Of a stretch of DNA of 40,943 nt, positions 9,780-19,174 are shown piece by piece. Under the pieces are notes generated by a model. It saw nothing but the letters and a program-made list of their open reading frames with translations. It did no database searches and was not told the DNA's origin. The position numbers and the translations under genes are program-made. The DNA comes from a virus (lineage: Duplodnaviria; Caudoviricetes), in IMG/VR virus record IMGVR_UViG_3300049924_000109, positions 1-40,943 of that record. One strand, 5' to 3'. Numbering within the stretch: the first letter of the stretch is position 1; each line of letters starts with the position of its first letter.

Positions 9780-10423
9780 GCCGGGCCACCAGTCTGCGAA
9801 GCCCCAGCTTGCACCCCGCCGTGTGTATGTGAAGCAAAAGCTATGCCTGCAATAGTTGCCCCTGATAGGGTACTTTGCCCGGCCTGTAGCGTACTTTGCA
9901 GTGTAGTAGCTCCAGAATTCGTAAGCGTTCCTGTATTGCTTAGGCTAGGCGATGTAATGGTAACTCCACCTGGCGCATTTATATCAAGCCCACCGGCCTG
10001 CGTGATTTTGATATAAGCGCCGCCGAAAAACATCATCATTGAAGCATTATCAGAACTCTCGCCGGTAGCGATTCCTAGGTCGCACGGTATCACGTACGCA
10101 TCAGACATATCAAAGCGGCGCGGATCATCAGTGCCATCAACCGCCTGTTGAGCAATGACGATCAGGCACTTATCACCGGGATTTATAGGCCCCTTCACCC
10201 CAGCCGTGCCACCGGCAAAGCTAGGCCAGCACACCCGCGCATTCTGGATTATCGGGAAGTCCAGCACGTCGCCATCGGGGAACTGTTTTTTAGGCGTTGG
10301 CTTGACGCTAGCCCGCCCGCCTGAATAGCTGATGATTGTGCCCGGCATGGATGTATTGATCTCGTACAACCGAGAATCAACCATTTTCCGTAGCGCGTCC
10401 ACAATATCAAGTTGGTCAGCCAT
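9776..10423 (-). CDS. baseplate central spike (gpV/Gp138-like)
   Basis: N-terminal OB-like region and C-terminal HTHGGV metal-binding apex. Confidence 0.88.
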   Translation of the reverse strand: MADQLDIVDALRKMVDSRLYEINTSMPGTIISYSGGRASVKPTPKKQFPDGDVLDFPIIQNARVCWPSFAGGTAGVKGPINPGDKCLIVIAQQAVDGTDDPRRFDMSDAYVIPCDLGIATGESSDNASMMMFFGGAYIKITQAGGLDINAPGGVTITSPSLSNTGTLTNSGATTLQSTLQAGQSTLSGATIAGIAFASHTHGGVQAGASQTGGPA

Positions 10424-10458
10424 TGTGCTATTTTATCAGGCGCGCAAAATAAGGCAAA
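10424..10458 (-). promoter_or_regulatory. putative sigma70-like promoter, leaderless start for the spike gene
   Basis: TAAAAT (10435-10430) exactly 6 nt before ATG, TTGCCT-like -35, no SD. Confidence 0.45.
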
Positions 10459-10461
10459 CCG

Positions 10462-11391
10462 CTAGACGTACCGTAGTATCAGCTCAGACTGCCACGCCTG
10501 CCCATGGGTGTCCCCGCTATGCGTCACGCTTTCAACCCTGAAAAACTCGCCATTAATAGATTTTGTGACTAGTTTTACATATCCGCCAGGTTGTATCGCA
10601 GGTTGCAATAGCGTCATCACTTTATACCCCTGCACCTCTAGGCGTTTGCCCTTTTCTCCAGATAGCTCATTATTTGTCGCGAACGTCTCACGCACTCCGC
10701 GTTGGGAAGTAGTAACCCCTTTTTTTGCCGCCGCTTTTTCGCTCATGGTCTTGCTTTCAGGCTCAGGCGACTCAATCATCCCGGTGTCCGAGCTGATGAC
10801 AAAAGCCTGCATCTCGACTGCCTTGCCCTTTTTGAGTATTTGAATCTCACGGTTTTGAATTGACCACTCCAGCCCTAAATACTCACACGCTTTTGTCATG
10901 GCTTCGCGTGATCTACCAACAAAAGCAAAGCCCTCGGGGTATTTTTTTGACGCCATATCGGACGGCAACGGGCGCACCGGCAGGCCAAAACTAGCAGCGA
11001 TGTTAGAAAGCACAGATTGAGCACTTACCCCCGGCGCATAGCTAAAGGATGTTTTGACGTCGCGGTACTCTAGCCCACCGTCAGACATTTCCAGCGCCGT
11101 GATCCAGTCCGGGCCGCTTCGCTTTGTGATCGAGCGGATTACTGTCCCGGTGAAAATAGTCACTTCGCCTACGTCTTGTTTATAGCCCGCCTTGAGTATC
11201 AAAACATTGTTGACGGTTTCCACCAGTGCCCTGCTATCTGGCGCAAGGTTGTATATCTCGCATGTGCATTTATTCGGGTTTTCCCCCGTGCCCTTCTCGA
11301 TACTGAAAGCAAAACGCAGATCGCGAATCTCTATGGCCTTGCCGTCAGGCTTGCCTATTACAAGTGATGCAACGCGGTCAAATAGTGCCAT
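10462..11391 (-). CDS. baseplate hub protein
   Basis: EIYNL...LKAGY...IFTG and HSGDTHGQAW motifs; synteny. Confidence 0.85.
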   Translation of the reverse strand: MALFDRVASLVIGKPDGKAIEIRDLRFAFSIEKGTGENPNKCTCEIYNLAPDSRALVETVNNVLILKAGYKQDVGEVTIFTGTVIRSITKRSGPDWITALEMSDGGLEYRDVKTSFSYAPGVSAQSVLSNIAASFGLPVRPLPSDMASKKYPEGFAFVGRSREAMTKACEYLGLEWSIQNREIQILKKGKAVEMQAFVISSDTGMIESPEPESKTMSEKAAAKKGVTTSQRGVRETFATNNELSGEKGKRLEVQGYKVMTLLQPAIQPGGYVKLVTKSINGEFFRVESVTHSGDTHGQAWQSELILRYV

Positions 11392-11817
11392 TTAAACATC
11401 CCAGACACTCAAGCCGTCGTCCCAGATAGTAAGCCCATCATCCCAGATTGACCCTGATGTAATGTCTATACTCTGCACTGACGATAGGCTAACCTGCGCA
11501 ACATCAGGCACAAAATAAACTAGAACGTAATCATTGAAAGCATCAAAGCCCGGGCGCGTTGCCCTTGCTTTTTTGTCAACAAAATAAATCTCGCCGCCCG
11601 GCAGTCTAGTATCTTTGTACCTGCCTATGAGCGGTGAGTCTTTTACCATCTTTATGTTTTCAAGAATCACCGGGCCGTCACGCTCAAAAATAGACAGTCC
11701 CCAGTATCCTGCCCGCTCATTCCACAAAATGCGAAGCGTGTACGGGTTATCAGATAGCACTACGTCTATCAGTTGATCGGCAGCATCAGGTATTGGCCGG
11801 ATGGCTTCAAATATCAC
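11392..11817 (-). CDS. baseplate-associated virion protein
   Basis: YTLRILWNERAGYW motif; between Dit-like and hub genes. Confidence 0.7.
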   Translation of the reverse strand: MIFEAIRPIPDAADQLIDVVLSDNPYTLRILWNERAGYWGLSIFERDGPVILENIKMVKDSPLIGRYKDTRLPGGEIYFVDKKARATRPGFDAFNDYVLVYFVPDVAQVSLSSVQSIDITSGSIWDDGLTIWDDGLSVWDV

Positions 11818-12440
11818 TATTTGCCCCTTAGTGATTGCAAAATAGACTGCTGCGAGTTTGATGCCGGGGCTGGATACTTTGCAAGTAGTTTGTCGTTCTC
11901 AGACTTGCCTGCGGCTTTTTGTGGTTCGGTTTTCTTGGCAACCGCGTCACTACTTTTTGCCGTTTTCTTTTGACTGATTCCAGGCGGCAGCGATACAAGC
12001 TGGGTGCTAACCAACCTAATATGCACCAGCTCCATGGTGAACTCGACAGCCTCACCAATTCCAGCGGTGCGCGGGATATTGACTGACGCGATCACCATAT
12101 CCGAATAAATGGCGTGCTTGGTGTAAGCCGTCACTGTCTCGCGCTTTTTAATCAGCTCGTATATGGCCTCAAAAGCGGTCTGGATGCGCGGGGCTTGTGT
12201 CTCACCGCCAAAGTATTGACCAGCCAGCGGCCCATGAAGAGGCGAGTTTGTAATAAGCCCAGTGATGCGAAGCCGGTCAGGCTTTTCGATTACGTGGTCA
12301 GATACTGGCGCACCAGTCTCAACAGGGTTTGACGTTACCTCAGCCGCCCATTCATGCTGCTCTTCAATAGTCGCGTCAAGGTCTATCGACTGAATGCCGG
12401 TCAGCTTCGTGGCTTCGCGTGAGTAGTACAGTCCGATCAT
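11817..12440 (-). CDS. Dit-like / tail tube initiator protein
   Basis: EEQHE...VTSNPVETGAPVSDH motif, directly after tape measure. Confidence 0.8.
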   Translation of the reverse strand: MIGLYYSREATKLTGIQSIDLDATIEEQHEWAAEVTSNPVETGAPVSDHVIEKPDRLRITGLITNSPLHGPLAGQYFGGETQAPRIQTAFEAIYELIKKRETVTAYTKHAIYSDMVIASVNIPRTAGIGEAVEFTMELVHIRLVSTQLVSLPPGISQKKTAKSSDAVAKKTEPQKAAGKSENDKLLAKYPAPASNSQQSILQSLRGK

Positions 12441-14029
12441 GGCGCAACGATAGCGAGGTTCCTGCTCAAGTCTGCCAGCGGGTCAGTTTTGAAAGCCGTA
12501 GCCGCCGCAGTTTGCAGGAATTTTTGCTGCGACTCTGGCGTCCCGGGCGGTACGGTCAGGTTTACAGTCTGGTTACTTGTAACCACGTTCCCAGCCTTGC
12601 CCGCCGTTGCCACTGATGCTGGGGCTACTGATGGCACATTAAACCCGAGCATGCCTCCAATAGCGCCGCCGATGCCCTTTATTTTCTCAGCCGCAAAATT
12701 GACCAGCTTCATAATCCAGCCAACGGGCACGTCCCAGAATATGAACTTAAACACCGTACCGACGCCCATGATGATGCCAGCAATAGCAAGCATTGCGCCA
12801 TCAATAACACCAACCACAAGCGCGTTCATGGTTTTGAATATGCCAACAACGCCGTCAACAATTCCAATTAACCCAGAAACCACCATCGCTGGGTTAACCG
12901 TAAACGCGCCCCAAATTAGTTTTGCAATTCCTGACACAAAATCCCAAAGCCCATTAAATGCTGTTTTAACAAAGTTAATGAAGCCTTGAATAATGGGCAA
13001 AATCGTTTTACTAGCTGTTTCCCAGCTACCGAAAAATTCACCAATAGTCGATTCTCCGCCGTCCATCCACGTGAGAATGTCGTCAATCACAAGCCCTATG
13101 CCTATCAGTGCTCCGATTACAAGCGCAGCAGGCGACAGGATGGCCCCCAATATCGTAATCAGCCCACCCAAAGCCACTGGGCCAAGCAGTGCGGCAGCAG
13201 CTATGCCCAATAGCTTTAGTGCGTTCTTAAGCCCGCCGACTGAATTTATGACGTAATCAAAGCCTACAGATATTTTGTCGAAGGCTTTGAGGATTAGGTT
13301 TGCAATATCAGTGACCGCTTGAGATTCACGGTTCATGCCAGCGATCATTGTCTTGAATTTATTACCGACAATCGTAGTAGCAGCGCCAATAGTCATTGGC
13401 ATCTGCCTGAACTTTTCCTCAAAAGCGCTGGACATTTTGAGGGTGGCCTCAATCACCTGCTTTGTGGTTATTTTCCCCTCGCTGGCCAGCTTCTTCATTT
13501 CCCCACGCGGCACATTTAAAGCCTCTGCCAGCGCGTCCAAATACTGCGGCGCGGCTTCAGCCATGGCCCGGAACTCTTCGCCCTGCAGCGTTCCAGAACC
13601 AAGCGCCTGTGAAAATTGAAGCATCACCGACTGAGCTTCTTGCGTCGTTGCGCCGCCCACCACCAGCGCTTGGCTGATCGTGTTGGAAACCTTCACCAAG
13701 TCTTTTTGATCCTTTATGAAGTCCTTGGCCGCGTGACCGATGCGCGTGTATAGCGTCCCATAAGCCTCGATGCTTTGCCGGTTTGCCGACGCATTACGTG
13801 CCACCTCGTTAAACGCGTCACCTACATTGCCGATAGTCTGCGGGAGCATCCCGATACGGGCCTCCAGTGACTGCATGGAGTCCGCGACATTAGCCAAGGC
13901 GCGAAGCGATGCAAAAGCGGCAATGCCTGAAAGCAAGCCGCTAATTCTGTTGATGCTACTCTCAACCCGCGATTGTGCGGAAGTGTCAACATTGAAACCG
14001 AATTTTGTAATCAGCTCGCGTACTATCAT
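12437..14029 (-). CDS. tape measure protein
   Basis: QFSQALGSGTLQGEEF tape-measure motif; long Gly/Ile/Ala-rich hydrophobic C-terminal half. Confidence 0.92.
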   Translation of the reverse strand: MIVRELITKFGFNVDTSAQSRVESSINRISGLLSGIAAFASLRALANVADSMQSLEARIGMLPQTIGNVGDAFNEVARNASANRQSIEAYGTLYTRIGHAAKDFIKDQKDLVKVSNTISQALVVGGATTQEAQSVMLQFSQALGSGTLQGEEFRAMAEAAPQYLDALAEALNVPRGEMKKLASEGKITTKQVIEATLKMSSAFEEKFRQMPMTIGAATTIVGNKFKTMIAGMNRESQAVTDIANLILKAFDKISVGFDYVINSVGGLKNALKLLGIAAAALLGPVALGGLITILGAILSPAALVIGALIGIGLVIDDILTWMDGGESTIGEFFGSWETASKTILPIIQGFINFVKTAFNGLWDFVSGIAKLIWGAFTVNPAMVVSGLIGIVDGVVGIFKTMNALVVGVIDGAMLAIAGIIMGVGTVFKFIFWDVPVGWIMKLVNFAAEKIKGIGGAIGGMLGFNVPSVAPASVATAGKAGNVVTSNQTVNLTVPPGTPESQQKFLQTAAATAFKTDPLADLSRNLAIVAP

Positions 14030-14281
14030 CGCTTCGCCTTCTCCATTGCCTCGGCCTCGTAGGCTTCTTGTATATCAAGCAGGGCGTTCAGCTTGAATAA
14101 ATCCTCAACCGAACAAACCCCGCTTTTTACTTCGCTTAGAGTTGTTTTACCGGCCATGATTGGCCGCCATATCCATAACTCAGATTTTAGGTCTTCGCGG
14201 ATTATCCCGGGAGGGCCGTCGTCTCTTCCACTGGCGCTTCTGTGCGGCTTCCAAAAAGGAGCGCCAGTTTGGGAAAAAAAA
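14026..14281 (-). CDS. tail assembly chaperone, -1 frame extension (gpGT-like)
   Basis: frame open from G-T8-CCC (14282-14271) to TGA at 14026 overlapping the TMP ATG; encodes ELWIWRPIMAGKTTLSEVKSGVCSVEDLFKLNALLD; absent from the ORF track. Confidence 0.65.
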
Positions 14282-14660
14282 CCGCGAAATTTTCCTTGAG
14301 TATCAAAAACACTACCGTGAAAAAGTCTAACATCTCATGGCCCTCAAAAGCCATAACCAACGTCAGCTTATCCTTAATGAATGTTTTCTTTTCTACGCTG
14401 TATAGCTTGCTGTCCAGCATGAGCGGGAAAATAACATCATCGAGAATTTTTTCATCGACAATGCCTGCAAATACTTGAGCCGCCTCTGTCAGGTCAGCAT
14501 CTAGGATGCTTTTGCCTGCCTCAATGCCAGATTTTTGCAGTGCTGCAGTGATCGGGATAATGTACTTTTGCAGCTTGGTAAGAGTAACAGTCCGCTTGAA
14601 AACATCCAGCGGGATAAATGTGTACTCTTTGTTGCCTACGATCAGCGTCTCAGCCTTCAT
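14202..14660 (-). CDS. tail assembly chaperone
   Basis: between tube and TMP genes; ENFAVFF end motif over the T-run. Confidence 0.8.
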   Translation of the reverse strand: MKAETLIVGNKEYTFIPLDVFKRTVTLTKLQKYIIPITAALQKSGIEAGKSILDADLTEAAQVFAGIVDEKILDDVIFPLMLDSKLYSVEKKTFIKDKLTLVMAFEGHEMLDFFTVVFLILKENFAVFFPKLALLFGSRTEAPVEETTALPG

Positions 14661-15094
14661 TAAACACCCCCGAGGGACATTTTAAGATCGGCGCAGTCAA
14701 ATATAAATTTTCTGTCTCCGACTTCTTTACTGAACACCATCTCGGGCGGTGTTTTAAGCCAGCTTTGCGTCGAGGCTACCAGCTCGGCATTAGTGCCGGG
14801 AGATAACACGCTGATAGGGATAAGAATATCGCCGTCAAACAGAAAGTTATCAAGCGCCACTAGTGCTGCAATTTCGTTTACCGCTGGAGAGCTTTGCAGC
14901 AAAGTAATTTCAATAGTGCCGGACTTGTTTGCATTACGCGAGCGAGCTACGTGCCCATCAGCGCCGACGCGCTTCATGTATAGATCTTCGTCACGTTTTG
15001 CCGTAATGAAGTCGCCATCAATAAATCCGGACACAATCACGCCGCCGACAATAACGGTCAGCTTCGTTGGGTCATATGTGGAAACTTGTGCCAT
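14660..15094 (-). CDS. tail tube protein (DUF3277-like)
   Basis: TYDP...VGADG...SGTIEITLLQSS motif; follows sheath. Confidence 0.88.
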   Translation of the reverse strand: MAQVSTYDPTKLTVIVGGVIVSGFIDGDFITAKRDEDLYMKRVGADGHVARSRNANKSGTIEITLLQSSPAVNEIAALVALDNFLFDGDILIPISVLSPGTNAELVASTQSWLKTPPEMVFSKEVGDRKFIFDCADLKMSLGGV

Positions 15095-15105
15095 TTTCGT
15101 ATTCC

Positions 15106-16440
15106 TTAATTAAGTTCGTAACCCACAGAGCCGCTCACGTTTACGACGTGAATTGCGCCTGCCAGCCTTGCCTGAAACTCCAGCGTCAATACCCTAGAGG
15201 CTTTCACCAGCGGGTCAATCTCAGCACTTATAGGCGCTGTAATAACAAACCCGGGGATTGTGTTGCCGTCAGCGTCAATTTCATCAGGCGCGATAACCCC
15301 GGCATTAACGGCCTGCTGGAGTGACTTTCTAAGATTCGCAACGCACAGTTGAATTCCTGCATCGGTATATGGAACCTTTGCCCTGTTGATGATCATCTGC
15401 ACAAGGTTGGTTTGGATGATGTCTTTAAGCCAGTCGCGGCCTCGTATAACGTCAATCCACTCACCTGCGGCAGTTTTGCCGGGGCTTGTTAGTGCGATTG
15501 TGTGCTGGAAGTATTCAAAGGTGTTGCCGCCCTTGCCATGAACCGTATTACGCTCCGTGGCGCTTAGATTATCAGGCGTAATCGCTGCCAGTCGCTTCAG
15601 TGCCCAAGTCTCCGAGCCTGGAGCTAGGGTAAAAACCTTGTTCATCCATGCACTGTCGCCGTATTGCGTTGCGGCATTCGCAGAGTAGCACGCAAAAGTG
15701 CGAAAGTATTGGGTATTTTTTAACGTGCTGATAACGTCAGTTGAGTCGCCCTGCGTAAGAATCGCGGCCTCACTAGAGGCCAGGCCGAAAATCTTTTCTT
15801 GAGTCTCAGTCCACGCTGCAAAATCAAGCTGCACCTGTTTTGTGCGGTCACTTGAAATGAGGCCATACCACGCATTGTCAGCCTGTTTAATCGCGGCCAT
15901 ATCGACTGCGACAGTATCTTGAGCAACAATCGCGCCCCAGCTCAAATTTGAGCCAAGCTTCACCGATTGCAGGTTCGACTGGCCAATCCAAGCCAAGCGC
16001 AGCTCGTTACCAACTACCGTAGCGGTCATGGTTTCGTTGGTGTCGCTAGTGATAGCCAAAGCCAAGCCGGTGGCAATCTCAGCAGCCGTTGCCGTTGCGT
16101 CGCTGGTGAAAGTATAAACTTCCGGGGAAGTGCCCGACACCGTGATCGTGTAAACCGTGTTATTGACGGCATTGATGATGATGTTGGCAGTGGCAACGGC
16201 ACGGCGTCCGACTTTTACGAATCGCGGGTGCGGTGTCTGCGAGAAACCGTCACGCACGGCGGCGAGAATATCAGAAGGCAGGCCATCAGCTACCGCGTCG
16301 TCATACTTGGTATATGCGCGCACGCGCTCGGTGAAACTCATATGCGGGCCGACGATCAGCGAGGTGCCGAAGTCAGCGCGGGAAACCGCCGCAGTATTTA
16401 GCCCGATCTGGACTGAAACAATATCGTCAAGCGTTGCCAT
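15106..16440 (-). CDS. tail sheath protein (DUF3383-like)
   Basis: PGSETWALK, GEWIDVIRGRDWL, KVPYTDAG, LAGAIH motifs. Confidence 0.92.
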   Translation of the reverse strand: MATLDDIVSVQIGLNTAAVSRADFGTSLIVGPHMSFTERVRAYTKYDDAVADGLPSDILAAVRDGFSQTPHPRFVKVGRRAVATANIIINAVNNTVYTITVSGTSPEVYTFTSDATATAAEIATGLALAITSDTNETMTATVVGNELRLAWIGQSNLQSVKLGSNLSWGAIVAQDTVAVDMAAIKQADNAWYGLISSDRTKQVQLDFAAWTETQEKIFGLASSEAAILTQGDSTDVISTLKNTQYFRTFACYSANAATQYGDSAWMNKVFTLAPGSETWALKRLAAITPDNLSATERNTVHGKGGNTFEYFQHTIALTSPGKTAAGEWIDVIRGRDWLKDIIQTNLVQMIINRAKVPYTDAGIQLCVANLRKSLQQAVNAGVIAPDEIDADGNTIPGFVITAPISAEIDPLVKASRVLTLEFQARLAGAIHVVNVSGSVGYELN

Positions 16441-16461
16441 TAGTGGCCTCCATAAAATGAT

Positions 16462-16496
16462 GGTTGGATTTTAGATTTTTTTGCCGAACGTGTAAA
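16462..16496 (-). promoter_or_regulatory. putative promoter for the tail operon
   Basis: TTTACA-17 nt-TAAAAT (16473-16468); GGAGG RBS before the sheath ATG. Confidence 0.5.
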
Positions 16497-16498
16497 CA

Positions 16499-17017
16499 TT
16501 ACACAATGACATCGTAAATTTGATTTAGTGCGGTGTTTTCAGGGCCAAGCTCGCCATTAATGGCAACTGTCTCAATCAAGCCCACGTCATCCACTTGGTC
16601 AGATACCCAGCGAATTGATAGCTCCACACTAGCACGCGGCTCGGTTGCCAAGTCGTTTAAAAGTAACGCAACGTCAGTCACTGTTGACACGTCAAAAACA
16701 GTTATTTCGTGCGTGCTCAGTTTGTCAAGGTTAGTCTGAAAATACAATTTGCCTGAAAATTCCTCAAGCGCGGCCACGCTATCAGGGCCGAACCGTTGCA
16801 CCTGTAATGTGCCTTCACGAACTGATAAAACGGTTTGCAGGCCGTTGTTATCAGGGTCTTGATAGTAAGGTGTGCCCACCCTTGGTGCAGTGCTCAGGCG
16901 TAGCGTAGCGTATGGCAGCGCAGGCCGCGGGGCATTCTGGTCAGCCCATATCACAGTGCCGCCTAGAATCGGCTGCAATACCGTCCAAAGCCTTGTTTTA
17001 AGCGTGGCGATGTTCAT
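16499..17017 (-). CDS. tail terminator / neck protein
   Basis: VIWADQNAPRPALPYATL motif; directly upstream of sheath. Confidence 0.75.
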   Translation of the reverse strand: MNIATLKTRLWTVLQPILGGTVIWADQNAPRPALPYATLRLSTAPRVGTPYYQDPDNNGLQTVLSVREGTLQVQRFGPDSVAALEEFSGKLYFQTNLDKLSTHEITVFDVSTVTDVALLLNDLATEPRASVELSIRWVSDQVDDVGLIETVAINGELGPENTALNQIYDVIV

Positions 17018-17631
17018 GCAACGCGAGCTAGTTGATACCGTGCGGATATTAGATTATTTGCCCCGCCGTTAGGGAATGGGACTCCCGCAGTAGTTTGAAA
17101 CGTCAGCGCGCCTACGTTATCAGTATGCAAATAAATTATGAGCTTTGTCCCGGCGGCCCAGTAGTTTGTTGTCTTTATTGAAGTAAGAATCGCATCGCCA
17201 TTAGTAAACCGAAACTGACGACCGGCAGTAGTAAACGGCGTGATCGTAATGTTATCAGCGCCTAGCAAAGCAGCTTTGTAGAATAGTTTTGCAACACCAG
17301 TTGCAACGCAATTAAACATGAACTGAAAGCTGTACACCCCGCTATTCGTCATAATAATAGCGCCGGTCACCGGGTCGTATTCAATGCCGCCGACTTTAGA
17401 TGATGCAACGATAGGGCTTGGCAAAATAAATTGAGTTGATGCCTGCACGTTGTTTTGCAAAGAGATTGACGGGATTGTTTCACTCGCACGCACGTCCGTG
17501 TATTCAATCGCACCTGTTTGGAATGATTGAAGCGCCTCAATCTCAGCCTTGATTGTTGCAAAGTTTTCCCGAACCGCCGCCGTAGTTGGCCTGCCAAGTG
17601 GCGGAACATTTATATCAACGTTTGAAGCCAT
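17014..17631 (-). CDS. putative neck/collar appendage protein
   Basis: N-terminal PTTAAVRENFATIKAEIEALQ helix followed by a beta-rich domain; sits in the neck module. Confidence 0.5.
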   Translation of the reverse strand: MASNVDINVPPLGRPTTAAVRENFATIKAEIEALQSFQTGAIEYTDVRASETIPSISLQNNVQASTQFILPSPIVASSKVGGIEYDPVTGAIIMTNSGVYSFQFMFNCVATGVAKLFYKAALLGADNITITPFTTAGRQFRFTNGDAILTSIKTTNYWAAGTKLIIYLHTDNVGALTFQTTAGVPFPNGGANNLISARYQLARVA

Positions 17632-17632
17632 A

Positions 17633-18013
17633 TTATCCCCTGTTAAGCGTGCCAGCTGCCCATGCGTTCACGTCAATCACTGCCATGCGTTTTGCTGCGA
17701 TTATTTTATAGTGTGGCAAAACATCCATCTGCCTAACGTCGATTGACACCACCTCATACGCATAGCCGCGCCATACGATTAAATCAGGCTGCTGGTTTGT
17801 GCCAGTATCCGCCTGCTTTAGCTCGACGTCTGTGTACGCCTTGATCATGTCATCAATGCGCCTTCCTTCAGGTGCCGTAACCATATCCTTGCCAGACATA
17901 GGCTGCACGCTTGCCTGTATCGTAATGACTGACCTAGTGCCCGGCGTGAAAATTCCCTGAACGTATGAGCCTGCCGATTCTGTCAGCACTTGGACTGATT
18001 TTCTGAAGCTCAT
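17633..18013 (-). CDS. head closure (stopper) protein
   Basis: IQASVQP...PEGRR...PDLIVWRGYAYEV motif. Confidence 0.75.
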   Translation of the reverse strand: MSFRKSVQVLTESAGSYVQGIFTPGTRSVITIQASVQPMSGKDMVTAPEGRRIDDMIKAYTDVELKQADTGTNQQPDLIVWRGYAYEVVSIDVRQMDVLPHYKIIAAKRMAVIDVNAWAAGTLNRG

Positions 18014-18462
18014 TTTTTCATTATATGTTTGATACTGTTCACGTATGCACCAGTATCAACCAAGGTTTTTGTGCTGCCTTTTTTGCGCTTAATCGTAGCC
18101 GGTGAAAGCCTCGGCAAAAAGTCACGCCCGGTTATGGTTGTTTTAATATCCTGTTCGGCACTTAGTCCTAATTGAGTTGCCATTCTAGCGAATGTCTCTT
18201 GCCCCATCCGTTTTGCAGCCCGCTCCATAAGTGAAACGTATTTTGTTTTGTTTTCATCAAAAGCCGTACCTATAGCCGGTCGCTGCGGTATATGCTCAGT
18301 CCCGTACTCATTAGCCGCCGCGTATTCTGCGATGCTATACCCTTCAGCGTTTTTTTCTCCACCTAATACGCCAACATCAACCTGCACTCTATGCGCGTTT
18401 TTGAACTCCCGCATAATGGCTTTCATGCCTAGGTCTTTGTCTTTGACGTATTTGGATGTCAT
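18010..18462 (-). CDS. neck / tail completion protein
   Basis: AAANEYGT..IPQRP and LSPATIKRKKGS.KTLVDTG motifs. Confidence 0.8.
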   Translation of the reverse strand: MTSKYVKDKDLGMKAIMREFKNAHRVQVDVGVLGGEKNAEGYSIAEYAAANEYGTEHIPQRPAIGTAFDENKTKYVSLMERAAKRMGQETFARMATQLGLSAEQDIKTTITGRDFLPRLSPATIKRKKGSTKTLVDTGAYVNSIKHIMKK

Positions 18463-18839
18463 AGCGCCGGTATAGAGTCCGCCATTCTTGTGATGCTTGC
18501 ACTGTACTGATTTACACCGGCCGCCAGCGTTAAATCACGCAACTGCTGGGCGTATATGTCAAGCCCGTCATTCTTGCTTGACGCGGCCCCGTAGCTGCGC
18601 TCTAAATCGCCCTCACGTTCACGTATCAGCTCACCGCCGCTAGATTGCCCTGATGCACTATTCTTGCGCGCCAGCATAAGGCTGGCGGCCTTGAGTGCAA
18701 TAGCAATATCAGCCGATTCGGCTGGGTAAAGTGCGACATTAACAAAGCTAGGCGAAAGCGCCAGAAACTCGTTTACCGTCGCATCAGACTCAGCCGCGAA
18801 CTCTGGCGCAAGCGTTCTAAATACGGTCAATGCCGTCAT
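18459..18839 (-). CDS. head-tail adaptor (DUF4054-like)
   Basis: FRTLAPEF N-terminus, EGDLERSY; synteny. Confidence 0.75.
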   Translation of the reverse strand: MTALTVFRTLAPEFAAESDATVNEFLALSPSFVNVALYPAESADIAIALKAASLMLARKNSASGQSSGGELIREREGDLERSYGAASSKNDGLDIYAQQLRDLTLAAGVNQYSASITRMADSIPAL

Positions 18840-19159
18840 TCAGCGTCCCGACGAAGCTGGTCAGCACGCAGGAAAGCCAGCAGACTTAGCATCACTTGCT
18901 GCGAAGTAACAGACTGGCCCGGGATGGCTTCACCCGTAGCGGGGTTTACAAGCGGCACTGGCTCAACGATTTTTGCTAGATCAAGGTTATACCGCGAGGC
19001 GAGCGTGTCTAAGTGCTGCACGTTATTATTGCCATCGACTACGGCCATTTGCTCATAATAATCCACTCTCGGAGTGCCGGTTTTGTCGTAATCAATCTCA
19101 ATCCGCACAATGCGCGGGTACGGCTTGTGGTTGCGCGTGTCGTAGTTTCTAGTCGTCAT
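18836..19159 (-). CDS. hypothetical protein
   Basis: 107-aa ORF with AAGGAA RBS; ATGA overlap with adaptor gene. Confidence 0.65.
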   Translation of the reverse strand: MTTRNYDTRNHKPYPRIVRIEIDYDKTGTPRVDYYEQMAVVDGNNNVQHLDTLASRYNLDLAKIVEPVPLVNPATGEAIPGQSVTSQQVMLSLLAFLRADQLRRDAE

Positions 19160-19174
19160 GGTTATATTTCCTTG

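Noticed and set aside
12489-13619. Long antisense ORFs over tape measure and other structural genes
   Set aside because: In-register shadows of Ala/Gly/Ile-rich codons, with no domains or RBS
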